Under the pieces are notes generated by a model, which worked only from the letters and a program-made list of their open reading frames with translations, did no database searches and was not told where the DNA came from. DNA of 63,544 bases from Octopus bimaculoides (lineage: Eukaryota), in assembly GCF_001194135.2 (NCBI RefSeq), contig NC_068986.1:105887730-105951273 (forward strand), in the 5' to 3' direction. Shown in pieces: positions 34,375 through 48,349 of the stretch. Position numbers and translations under genes: made by a program. Numbering within the stretch: the first letter of the stretch is position 1; every line of letters starts with the position of its first letter.

Positions 34375-36665
34375 ATTTATACATGTGTGGTTGTATAAGT
34401 GTAGTGTCTTGTCTTGACATCATGTCATCATCATTATTTAACATTTGCCCTCCATGCTGGCACAGGAAGGATGGTTTGATAAGAGCCGGCCAGGCAGAAA
34501 CCTGCTTCAAACTTCTGCTACTGTTTTGGCAGGATTTTCACATCTGAATGCCCTTCCTAGTACTAAGCACTCAGCAGAGTGGACTTAGTGATTTTTACGT
34601 GGCACAAGCACAGGCGAGGTCAGTTTTGGCCAGGTTTTACAGCTGGATGCCCTTCCAAATGTCAACCACTTTACAGTGGGAACTGGATGCTTTTTAAGTG
34701 GCACCTATACTGACAAGGTTACCAAGTAACTGGCAAGACAAAAACTTTTGAGAGGAGAGGGGGAATTGGAGGAGATGATCTTGTGTCAGTTGATGAAGGG
34801 TTATCGTGAGACAGAGAGACAGAAACAGAGAGTCACCATCATACTATCAGCGCCATTCATTTCCAATATTCTATGAGAACATGTCTGGTCATGGGGAAAT
34901 ATTACTATGTTTGGAAACAGAGGAGGTTTGGCGACAGGAAGAGCATCCTGCTGTAAAAAGTGAACCATAACAAACTTCGTTCGACTCATGCAGTCATGGG
35001 AAAAATGGATGTTATAACCAGGGCTGTGGAGTCGAAACAAAAAACTTTGACTCCAACTCCTCTTTATGTAATTAACTGACTGTGGTCTAATTTACCGACT
35101 CCGACTCCAGCTACCCTTTAATTGCTTCCAAATCCGACTCCACAGCCCAGGTTAAAACAATGATGATGATAGTGACGGTTGTGGATTGCACTCAATACTG
35201 GGGACACATTTTATATTTGATCCTTTTCAAATCCCAAAAGATTGTAATACGATTAACTGGTACCTGGCAGGGATTTAGTACATCAACTACGTCACTCTGA
35301 TACTGTTTTATATTCTTACTGCCATGGATTTTAACTGAAATTCAATAAATACAAAATTAAAGCAGAAAAACCACCAATGAGAAAAAGGAAGGATATTTTT
35401 TTCATTAATGATGAGTCACAGAAAATTTAAATCAGAATCAAATCAAGATGAAGTAGTTGTATGCTGTCAGCTTAATGTGACAGTCCCCTGAAGGGAATAA
35501 TACTATTGTTGGTTAGACCTAGGAAGCTGCGCCGCTTCCTGTCAGCCTTGACACATTTCCTGTGTCCTTATGTTTACAAGGGGGAGACAAGCACCTCCAC
35601 CCAGCTAAGCCTGCATCCAGAGACAGGTTTCTGAGTCTTTGCTCGTCATCAGTCTGGAGTAGCAAAGACTCAGAAACATGTCTCTGGATGTAGGCTTAGC
35701 TAGGTGGAGGTGCTTGTCTCCCCCTTGTAAACATAAGGACACAGGAAATGTGTCAAGGGCGACAGGAAGCGGTACAGCTTCCTAGGTCTAACCAACAGTA
35801 GTATTATTCCCTTCAGGGGACTGTCACATTAAGTTGAGAGCATACAGCTTCTTCATCGTATCACTACTGCATAATCTCTCTGAGAGATTTAAAAATGTAT
35901 TATTTCCAAATCAAGATTGTTTACATTAGAAATCTCTAAAATGTGTCCAACCCATGCCAGTATGGAAAATGGATGTTAAATGATGATGATGATCATCATG
36001 ATGACTTCATGAAATAAACCTATTGAGGGAGTATTTGCCTGCTATTTCTAACAGGTAGAGTGATAAAGTACAGAGTACAGGCTCCTTTTTTGGCTTTCTT
36101 TGTTTCATACAAAATATTACATGTTTTTGGTGTTAATGACAATGCTTGCTATGAAGAGCAAGGGAGAGAACTCCAAAATTTAAATCCTTAAAAATTAAGT
36201 GGACACGTGTAGTTAGGAATAAATATTATCATTGGTTAAGTATGGTGACAACTCCAGACATGTTTCAGCTTTATTAAACCTCCTCAGTGAAACATAATTG
36301 TAAACATACCTACCAAACTTTAAAATGACTTTGAGAGAATATAGCTTTTGAGCAAAAAATTATTCACTGATAAGGTAATTTAAAATCACGACAGTAGAAA
36401 CTTTTCCAGGGATGCTTTCTGCACGAAGAACATATAGTTAAGTGCAAGTTAACATAACTAATGCAGTATGCCTAAAGGAATCTTTAATCAACTGTAATTG
36501 CAGCCATAACGAGAAGAAAAGTCTTCTTACCTTTATACAGTACATTGGGGACTGTTGTAATAGATGACATATCGTATTCTTGTTCAAGGCGTTGGCTAAA
36601 GACATCCATATGAAGAAGGCCCAGGAATCCAAGCCTCCATCCTTGTCCTAGCACTGGGCTTGCAA

Positions 36666-36726
<61 letters not shown>

Positions 36727-39700
36727 GTAATAATAATAATAATAATAATACAAGGTCTAGAATTGAAGGGCCTTAGAGTCAACCTAGCTAAAACCAAAAT
36801 CCTAATAAGTAGGAAGGTAGATAAAACACAAACCCCTTCAGGTAGATGGCCCTGCTCAGTATGTAGAAAAGGAGTAGGTAGTAACTCTATAAGATGTACC
36901 CGGTGCAAGCTATGGACACATAAGAGGTGCAGCAACATCAAAGGCAGGTTAACTAGCAAGTTAGTTTTTGTTTGTGGCAGATGTTCAGGTGCAATAAAGA
37001 CTGNNNNNNNNNNNNNNNNNNNNNNNNNNNNNNNNNNNNNNNNNNNNNNNNNNNNNNNNNNNNNNNNNNNNNNNNNNNNNNNNNNNNNNNNNNNNNNNNN
37101 NNNNNNNNNNNNNNNNNNNNNNNNNNNNNNNNNNNNNNNNNNNNNNNNNNNNNNNNNNNNNNNNNNNNNNNNNNNNNNNNNNNNNNNNNNNNNNNNNNNN
37201 NNNNNNNNNNNNNNNNNNNNNNNNNNNNNNNNNNNNNNNNNNNNNNNNNNNNNNNNNNNNNNNNNNNNNNNNNNNNNNNNNNNNNNNNNNNNNNNNNNNN
37301 NNNNNNNNNNNNNNNNNNNNNNNNNNNNNNNNNNNNNNNNNNNNNNNNNNNNNNNNNNNNNNNNNNNNNNNNNNNNNNNNNNNNNNNNNNNNNNNNNNNN
37401 NNNNNNNNNNNNNNNNNNNNNNNNNNNNNNNNNNNNNNNNNNNNNNNNNNNNNNNNNNNNNNNNNNNNNNNNNNNNNNNNNNNNNNNNNNNNNNNNNNNN
37501 NNNNNNNNNNNNNNNNNNNNNNNNNNNNNNNNNNNNNNNNNNNNNNNNNNNNNNNNNNNNNNNNNNNNNNNNNNNNNNNNNNNNNNNNNNNNNNNNNNNN
37601 NNNNNNNNNNNNNNNNNNNNNNNNNNNNNNNNNNNNNNNNNNNNNNNNNNNNNNNNNNNNNNNNNNNNNNNNNNNNNNNNNNNNNNNNNNNNNNNNNNNN
37701 NNNNNNNNNNNNNNNNNNNNNNNNNNNACGTAAAAGCACCCACTACACTCTCTGAGTGGTTGGCGTTAGGAAGGGCATCCAGCTGTAGAAACTCTGCCAA
37801 ATCAGACTGGAGCCTGGTGTTGCCATCCGGTTTCACCAGTCCTCAGTCAAATCGTCCAACCCATGCTAGCATGGAAAGCGGACGTTAAACGATGATGATG
37901 ATGATGATGAATAATAATAATAGTAGTAATAATAATAAATAATAATAATAATAATAATAATAGTAACAGTAGTAGTAGTAGTAGTAATAATAATAATAAT
38001 ATTAATAATAATAATAATAATAATAATAGTAAATAAAGAAGAAGAGTTCCATAATTAAATTTGCTGAACACAATATTTCGGTATCTCGCGTACCTTCAAC
38101 GAGTTCGAAATTTGGTATGTCAGTCTACTTCATTTTTTTTGTAGATAATATAGGACTGCTATGACTCCTCTGGAGGGAATATGTAAATAACGAAGAAGAG
38201 TTCCTTAATTAAATTTGCTGAACACAATATTTTGGATGATGATGATGATGATGATGACGGTGGTGGTGACAATGATGATGATGATGGCAATGTAACGAAT
38301 TATCTCAGAATTTACCTTGTGTCGATGTTCAATGAAACACTTGCATCATTCAAAGTCAGTTTGTCGATTGCTTTCCTTAAGTCATCATATTCAGATTGGT
38401 CAGCGGGGAAAACCCCAGCAAACACCTGAGACAGAGAGGAAGAGGATAAAAAAGAAAGATTAATTAGAATCTACCTGTATTCTTCATCACTTCATATCAG
38501 CATCGACATTACATTTCTGTGACCCTTCAATGTAGTGGTTCTCAACCTTTTTTTAATCTATGGACCCTTTTGATTAGTATTTCATTCTGGTGGACCCCTA
38601 TAACAATTTGAAATTCAAAAACTAATTTTAGAGATATTTCTTTCAAAATTCTTATTTTGGTTTTCACAAATACACTTGTCCAACCCCATGCCAGCATGGT
38701 AAACGGACGTTAAATGATGATGATGACTCATGCAGGACTTATTCTTTGGAAGCCTAGTACTTATTCTATCGGTCTCTTTTGCCGAACCGCTAAGTCACGG
38801 GGACGTAAACACACCAGCATCGGTTGTCAAGCGATGTTGGGGGGACAAACACAGACATACAAACATATACACACACATACATACATATACATACATATAT
38901 ATGACGGGCTTCTTTCAGTTTCTGTCTACCAAATCCACTCACAAGGCTTTGGTTGGCCCGAGGCTATAGTAGAAGACACTTGCCCAAGGTGCCATGCAGT
39001 GGGACTGAACCCAGAACCATGTGGTTCGTAAGCAAGCTACTTACCACACAGCCACTCCTACGCCTCATCATTTTCATTTAATGTCCGCTTTCCATGCTAT
39101 CATGGGTTGGACGATTTGACTGAGGACTGGTGAACCAGATGGCTACACCAGACTTCAATCTGATCTGGCAGAGTTTCTACAGCTGGAGGCCCTTCCTAAT
39201 GCCAACCACTCTGAGAGTGTAGTGGGTGTTTTACGTGCCACCGGCACGAGGGCCAGTCAGGCAGTACTGGCAACGGTCATGCTCAAATGGTGTTTTTTTA
39301 CATGCCACCTGCACAGGAATCAGTCCAATGTTTTGTTCACATGCTACCGACACGAGTGCCAGTAAGGCAAAGCTGGAAATGATCGCGCTCGAATGGTGTT
39401 CTTTACGTGCCACCGGCACGGGAGTGAGACAGCTGCTCTGGCAGTGATCCCGCTCGGATGGTGCTGTTAGCGCTCCACTGACACGAGTGCCAGTCATCAA
39501 ACTTGGTTCAGTTAAATTAAAAATCTTTCACAGATGAAAGAAGAAAATATTAAGCATCTTTTTAACAGTTTTGGGTTTGTTTTTCTGTTGAAAGGAGACA
39601 AGAATTTTACTCACCATGGCTTTGGCAGGTTTAAATCCTTTGACAGGATTTACTGGTGACTTGGGATGGAAGATAGTATCTCCGATGCGAGCTTCTTTGA

Positions 39701-41010
39701 TGTCTCTGATATTTGCAATCATGTAGCCCACCTGACCAGCGTACCTGAAACATGTAAGGTGAGAATCGTCTGAAAGTTGTTTTTATTTCTTGCTTGATTT
39801 CATCATGGATTGCCATCCTTAGATTCATTTATTAAGACTATACAATTATGTTACAACAACAATAGTGATTCTTCTGATAATAATGATGATGATGGATGGC
39901 AAAGTGATGATGAGTCGGTCAATTCTCAGTGAGCAGACCAATGAAGAAAGACATTCCAACCATGACCAAACTACCTTCTAGCAAAGTGCATCTTAGAGTA
40001 TCTTTATCTGATGTACCCTTCAGGCAGATTTTCTACAGCCAGACACCTTTCCTGTCGCCAACCCCCACTTATTTCCAAGCATGGTACTGCCACTGCCACC
40101 AGCAGCAGCAGCAGAAGGTATGTTTTCACAGAATGTCCTAAATGAGTGACACTGCTCATCTATAACAACCACACTATGTCAAAATAGGGAGATTGGCACT
40201 TATTTTATTAATCCCGAAAGGGAGAAAGGCAAAGTCAAACCCCAGTGAAATTTGAACTCAGAACGTAAAGATTGATGAAATACCACGAAGCAGTTTGTCT
40301 GCTTGTCATCTAAATGATAACGGTTTCAAATTTTGGAATGAAGCTACCAGTTTCATTGACCCCAGATGTTAACAGGTACTTATTTTATTGATCCCGAAAG
40401 GGTGAAACGCAAAGTTGACGCTGGCGGCATCTGAACCCAGAACATAAAGACGGACGAAATGCCGCTAACGATTTTGCCAGCTTCCTGTCTAAATAATAAC
40501 AACAACAACAATAATTGTTTCAAGCTTTGCCACAAGGGCATCAACTCTGGAGGAGGGGATGAGTTGATTACATCGACCCCAGTGTTCAACTGGTCCTTAT
40601 TTTATCGACCCCCAAGAGGATAAAAGGCAAAGTCGACTTCGGCTGAATTTGAACTCAGAAATTAGCAACGGGTGAAAATACTACTAAACATTTCATCCAG
40701 CACAGTAACAATTCTACCATCTCGCTGCCTTAATAATAATAATAATGAAAAAAAATAAATGCACCCTTTTTAAAGCCTAGCCAGGCTTATGGGCCCGGTT
40801 TCCCGGTTTCAATGGTGTATGTGTTCCTCAGCTGGACGGGACGCCAGTCCATCGCAGCGTTACCCATTTTTGCCAGCTGAGTGGACTGGAGCAACATGAA
40901 ATGAAGTGTTTTGCTCAAGAACACAACGCGTCGCTCGGTCCAGCCAGGAATCAAAACCACAATCTTACGATCATGGTGCTGACACCCTAACAACTAAGCC
41001 ACGCGCCTCC

Positions 41011-41069
<59 letters not shown>

Positions 41070-42858
41070 AATAATAATAATAATAATCATAATAATATTA
41101 ATAATAATGAAATGATAATAACAATAAAGGAAGAAGGAGGAGGAGGAGGAGGAGGTTTTAGCTTTAAGTAGATTTCTTTAAGAATCTAACTAAAAAAATA
41201 CTAAACAAATTTAGTCTTGAAATGTATTTGGTATTTAAATTACTTACAGTTTCTCACAGGGTACTTGTTCAGGATACATAAATCCAATCTCTTGGACTTC
41301 ATATAGTTTCCCTGTTGCTGCAGACATAACTTTATCTCCTAACAAAGGCAGATGAAGAAAGAGACAAGAAATAAAATACAACAAAAATCTTGAAAAACAA
41401 TCTGACGACAGCTGTAAATGGTGGAGCTGCTGATACTGTTGTCACCGACATCTTCAACTCCATCACCCTCATCATTGTTTTACTGCCCCCTTTTCCATTT
41501 TGCCATACTTGAATAGATCAGATGGAGTTTACTGAGACAGATTTATATCATGAGTGTTTGAGGGGGCCAATTGAGTCAAGTGCATCAAAACCAAAATCAA
41601 ATGGAAATTGTAGTTGTGATCCCTAAGCCAAAGGCATGTAAAAATCACCATCCGAATGTGGTCGATGCCAACGCCACCTTGACTAGCTTCTGTGCTGGTG
41701 GCATGTAAAAAGCACCAACTGATCGTGGCTGATGACAGCTCCTTTGGTCCCTGTGCCAGTAGCATGTAAAAAAGCACCCACTACACTCTCAGAGTGGTTG
41801 GCATCAGGAAGGGCATCCAGCTGTAGAAACTCTGCCAGATCAGACTGGAGACTGGTGCAGCCTCCTGGCTTCCCAGACCCCAGTTGAACCGTCTAACCCA
41901 TGCCAGCATGGAAAATGGATGTTAAACGATGACGATGATGATGATGATGATGATGATATATATATATATTCATATATATACATATATATACACGTGTGTG
42001 TGCATGTATGTTCATATGCCAGAGCAGCTGACTGGCCCTCATGCCAGTGGCACGTAAAAAGCACCCACTACACTCTCGGAGTGGTTGGCGTTAGGAAGGG
42101 CATCCAGTTGTAGAAACTCTGCCAAATCAGATTGGAGCCTGGTGCAGTCATCTGGTTCACCAGTCCTCAGTCAAATCGTCCAACCCATGCTAGCATGGAA
42201 AGCGGACGTTAAACGATGATAATGATGATACATATTATCATCATTACTTCAATGTCCATTTTGGATAGATCAGAGAGAATTCCTTGAGGCAGATTTTCTA
42301 CGGTTGGATGCCTATTCTGTTGCCAACCTTTACCTCCTGTTTTTCATGGAAGGTAATATGTTCTTCATGGCTAGACATGTTTACATGAAAGATCAGAATT
42401 GAATGACAAAGCTTGTATGACAGTAACCCTTGTGTTAATTTGAGTTTCAAAGAGATATATGATTGATTGACTTACGTTTAGTGAGGACTCCATCCAGCAA
42501 AGTGAGGCTGACAACCACTCCGCGGAAGTGGTTGAACCACGAGTCAAATGTAAGAGCCTTCAATGCAGCATTTCTGTCGCTTGGTGGCCTGCAAATGACA
42601 AAAACAATACTACTACTACTATTACTACAACTAATAATAATCATTTCTACAATAGGCACAAGGCCTGAAATTTTGGGGGAGCGGGAGGGGAGGTCGATTA
42701 GATTGACCCCCAGTATGCAACAGGTACTTATTTTATTGACCCCCAAAAGGATGAAAGGCGAAGTCAACCTTGGCGGAATTCATACTCAGAATGTAGAGAC
42801 AGATGAAATACCGCTAAGCATTTTGTCCAGCATGCTAACAATTCTGCCAGCTCGTAAC

Positions 42859-42903
<45 letters not shown>

Positions 42904-45900
42904 AAAATGTAGAACCTGAAGACTAAAACAATACCTGTTGTCATAGGTGCCCTGAGAATGATAGCAAAAGGGGGCTGATTGCTACCTAGTTCAGATACCA
43001 GGAAACCCTAAAATGGCAGAAATTCAAAAGATAGTGCTCATGGGAACTGCCCATATCCTACGTAAAATACTTTCTATGTAATCTCAAATTTTAAAACAAA
43101 CATAATTTTCTTATGTTTTCTTAAACATTCTCTAGAACAACACAATGTACAAAACCAAATATATGGCACCCTAGGCATAACACCAACATGAACTTCTAAC
43201 TTGTTTTCTCTTGAGGTCTCTGGGTGAGACTTGGAGCTGTGTACAAATATAAAGCAAAAGTCAAACATAAAATTATAATAATAATAACAACAGGCATGAT
43301 AGAACTGCACAATATATTCACTGAGTAATTTGCAAAATCCTGAACTTGCCCCATGATAAAAACTGGTGGGAACACAAACCACCTTCAGTGCTTGAAAAGG
43401 ATCACATCTCACTCCTCTGGAACTTCACCATTCAAACTAACAGAAAGAGAGATGCGAATAGGCCAGAGATTATAATGAAATACTTCAGACAACATTCATG
43501 CCTCCTCATTGATATGACTGTCCCAATCGATATAAACGTATCTGTCAAGACCTACCAAGAACTGAGCAGGTATAAAGATCTAGAAATAGAAATTTGCAAA
43601 ATGTGGAACCTGAAGACTAAAACAATATCTATTGTCGTAGGTGCCCTAGAAATGATAGCAAAAGGGCCTGATTGCTACCTAGCTCAGATACCAGGAAACC
43701 CCAAAATGGCAGAAATTCAAAAGATAGTGCTCATAGGAACTTAATGAAATTTGAACTCAAGAACATGAGAAGTTGGGAGAAATGTATCTCTCATTAAAAA
43801 TATATCTCTCATTGAATTATATCAAAGTGGACATTATTCTCACCAAAGTAGTAATTCTTTATAACAGCAGGACGCACATTAGCTCTACGATGGTCCCAGA
43901 AACTAGTGCTGGTTTGTTACTTTAGTTAATACATTTGAGCCAAAGCAATATCGAAGGGAGAGCACATGAAAGAACTTACGGAGGTATACGCTCAATTATA
44001 GTCTCCAGCAATTCAAGGACACCGGTACCCAGTTTAGCAGAAACCTGCAATAAATAAATAAATAATAAAGATGATGATAATAATAATAATAATAGTGATA
44101 ATAATAACGCCGCCGCCGCCGCCGCCGTCGCCGTCGTCGTCGTCGTCGTCGTTGTTATTATTCATATACACACAACAGATTAGACTATCGGAAAAGAAAA
44201 GGTCCTAAAACAAGGCTACAACATGTAATCATTGATGGCAAGAATCGTCCTAAGCATCTTAGCTGTCCTTAGTAACACTGTTTTCTGGAGCTGTAAAATA
44301 CAAAAAAACAAAAAAAAAAACTCAAACAAACAATGGTAAACACTTACCTTTAATGTTGTGCTTGGTTCTATGTCAAAAATAGATTTGAGTTGTTGCAGAA
44401 CTTCTTCAGGTCTGGCAACCTTTAGATCTATCTTATTCAACACAGGAATAATGGTTTTCTTTAGCTCCAAAGCCAGATAATAGTTGGCAACTGTCTGGGC
44501 TTGAACTCCCTGACAAAAGAAAATATTAGATATTATTAACCAAACTGGATAGACGAATGTTGAGGTGGTTTGGCCACATGGCGACAATGGATGAGGAGTG
44601 GATGGTGGTGAAGGTAGAAGTGGTAGGCAACAGATCCAGAGGCAGGCCTTGGTTTGTGTGGATGGATGGAAAGAGGAAAGCTTTGGTGGTTAGGTGGAGT
44701 GAGAGAGGCAAGGGAGTTTATAAATTTTAGGAAAAGTTGGAGAGTGTTTGTGGATGGATGAGGGAATTCTGATGTTGCTCAAAGGGGTATGGAACCAGCA
44801 GGATGCGGCGGGGGCAAACCAGCATATGCTGTCACGCAGTGGGACTGAACCCAGAACCATGTGGTTGGTAAGCAGGCTACTTACCACACAGCCATTCCTG
44901 CGCCTATGATACTCCAGAGATCCTTCAGAGGGACTCTATTTCGGTTGCTTGTCTTTGCAATTGTACCCTTTCAGTTATTATCCAACATTTATAACCATAG
45001 GTAAGAATATAAACAAACAAACAAACTGAAGATAGCTAGTTCAGATTAGGGACAGCATAAATGCCACAACCTATCATTCTTTCTTCCTCAAGATATTGGA
45101 CACATGGATGGAAAATAACCAATATTTTGATGGAATAAAATATTTAATTTCAAAATTTGGAACAGGGTCAGCAATTTTAAGAAAGGGGTAGGTCAATTAC
45201 ATCCACCCCAGTATCCATCAATATCATCATCACCATCATTATTATCATTTAACATCCATTGTCTATGCTGGCATGGGTTGGATGGTTTTACTGGGCTGGT
45301 ACACTGGAAGGCTGCACCAGACTCCGGTCTGATTTGGCATGGTTTTCTACAGCTGGATGCCCTTCCTAATGCCTACCACTCTGAGAATGTAATGGGTACT
45401 TTTACACGGGTGCCATTTGTCCTTATTTTATTGATCCCAAAAAAGAATGAAAGGCAAAGTACAGTCGACAGTATATGAACTCAAAATGTGAAGGGCTAAA
45501 ATAAAACTCCCCTAAGCATTTTGTCCGGTGCAATAATTACCTTAAGTAAAATATATAACGAGAGTTGCTTACGTGATTTGCGTCCACTAAGAGAAGAACC
45601 CCCTGACAGGCTGACATTGAGCGAGAGACTTCATACTGGAAATCAACATGGCCCTGGAAGAAATAGATATAACAACATTATAGTATAGAATTATGGGGGG
45701 GGGGGCACACTGTATAGGAAACTGATGCAGGGGTCAGAAGGAAATAGTAGATTGATAGTAGTAGTAGTAGTAGTAGTAGTAGTCAGAAGTAGTAGTAGTA
45801 GTAGTCAGAAGTAGCAGTAGTAGGAGTAGTAGTAGTAGTAGTAGTGGTAGTAGTAGTAGTAGTAGCAGTAGTATCCACCATTTGTTGGCGATTCCTCACT

Positions 45901-47084
45901 CCTGGCAGGTGGCATCTTTGCACCACTCTGGCAACAACCCTTCAACCCATGGGTCTGTGTGGGTAGTCATTGTTGGAGAGGGTTTTACGAGGTCAGAGTG
46001 CAAATCCTAGCTCAACCTCTTTTAGTCACCTTTAATGAAATGTTGGGTTTTTCTTTTCACACGCTGGTCTCCACACAGCACAGACTGATAAATTGTTATT
46101 AAAGGTATATGAGTGATGGTGGTACAATGATCGTAGTAGGAGAGTGGTCATAATACTACATAAGGGACTGTACCAATTTACAAACAATAGCATCATCATC
46201 ATTGTTTAACGTCTGCTTTCCATGCTAGCATGGGTTGGACAATTTGACTGAGGACTGGCGAACCAGATGGCTGCACCAGGCTCCAATCTGATTTGGCAGA
46301 GTTTCTACAGCTGGATGCCCTTCCTAATGTCAACCACTCCGAGAGTGTACTGGGTGCTTTTACATGCCACCAGCACGAGGGCCAGTCACACGGTACTGGC
46401 AACGGCCACACTCAAAAAGGTGTTTCTTACGTGCCACCTGCATGGAAGCCAGTCCAGCAGCACTGGCAATGACCGCTGGACTGGCTCCCTTGCATGTAAC
46501 ATATATATATGAAAGAAATTGATGTATACAGTGCTCAAGGTGCACTACAACTTTGAAAAACAAAAGTTGTTGTTGTAAAGGTGGTGGATAATCTTGTGGG
46601 TGTTGATCAAATCAGTTGCCAGACGTCTGAGCTTCAATGTGTCCATGCTCAGAATATGGTAGATGCCTGATGGAGGGTATGTGTTTTGTGGTGTGTGTTT
46701 TGTTGCACATTCCTGAACAGTTTCCAGGAGATTTATATGCCGAACAAGATAGGGGTTCCAGACAGGTGAGGCAAATTCTAAGCGTGGATGTACCATTACC
46801 ACATACGGTTTCAAATAGGTAGCTGGAGAGTGGCTGGGTTTAATCTATATGTAAGAGGACAGTTCTATGATGGTAATATTCCTTTACTCTTTTTTTTTGT
46901 TTCAGTCATTTGACTGTGGCCATGCTGGAGCACTGCCTTTAGTTGAGCAAATCGACTAGTATTTATTTTATTGGTCTCTTTTGCCAAACTGCTAGGTTAC
47001 GGGGATGTAAACACACCACCATCGGTTGTCAAGCAATGTTGGGGGGACAAACACAGACACACAAACATATACACACACGCACAA

Positions 47085-47121
<37 letters not shown>

Positions 47122-48318
47122 TACGACGGGCTTCTTTCAGTTTCCGTCTACCAAATGCACTCACAAGGCTTTGGTTGGCCCAATGCTATAGTAGAAGACA
47201 CTTACCCAAGGTGCTACGCAGTGGGACTGAACCAGGAACCATGTGGTTCGTAAGCAAGCTAATTACCACACAACCACTCCTATGTCTATAATATTTATTT
47301 CTTTATTGCCTACAAGGGGCTAAACAGAGAGAGGACAAACAAGGACAGACAAAGGGATTAAGTTGATTACATTGACCCCAGTGCATAACTGGTACTTATT
47401 TAATCGACCCTGAAAGGATGAAAGGCAAAGTTGACCTCGGTGGAATTTGAACTCCGAACTTAATGGCAGACGAATTACCACTAAGCATTTCACCCAACGT
47501 GCTAACTATTCTGCCAGTCAGCCACCTTTCAATCATAAATATTCTTTTCTACTCTAGGCACAAGGCCCGAAATTTATAGAGGGGGGGGGCAGTCGATTAG
47601 ATCGACCCCAGTACACAATTGGTACTTAATTTATCAACCCCGAAAGGATGAAAGGCAAAGTCGACCTCGGCGGAATTTGAACTCAGAACGTAGCGGCAGA
47701 TGAAATACCGCTAAGCATTTCGCCCGGCGTGCTAACGTTTCTGCCAGCTCACCGCCCTAAAATAGTAATATAGACATGTAGGTAATAGCAGTGAATTAGC
47801 GTCACTGGTATGTTGTACCTGACTGAACAAATTTATGATCAAAAGCATTTCAACCATGACGTGTGTGTTTGTATGTAGGCATGTTTGTATGTAGGCATAT
47901 TTGAAATGTAGGCATGTTTGTATGTAGGCATATTTGAAATACAATCTGTAAAAGACACATAATCCCTTACAACTTACTGGAGTGTCAATAAGGTTCAGTA
48001 AATATTGTTTCCCTTTATATGTATGTATCAGTGAGACAGTCTGCGCTTTAACTGTGATTCCTCTTTCACGTTCTATCTGAAGTTTGTCCAACACTTGTTT
48101 GTTGTCCTTTGTGGTCGGAATCGTTCCTGCAAGAGGTAGAATAAAATCGTTATTAATGTCTACCATCAAAATATATAGCACATACACACACACATTTGTA
48201 TCTACTAACTTTACTTACAGCACTTTGGTGAGTTCACGGTTTCGCAATCTTTTTACCCTTGTGTAACTCCTAAAATAAATTACATCTCAAGGAACTCCTG
48301 CACACTATACACACACAC

Positions 48319-48349
<31 letters not shown>

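Noticed and set aside
44900-45000. Hammerhead-like TTGC/GCAA-CC-GAAA...GTC on the minus strand
   Set aside because: The core reads CTGAAAG and stem I is absent; too decayed to support.
47868-47940. Short local tandem duplications (also 8620-8670)
   Set aside because: Ordinary slippage products with no further structure.
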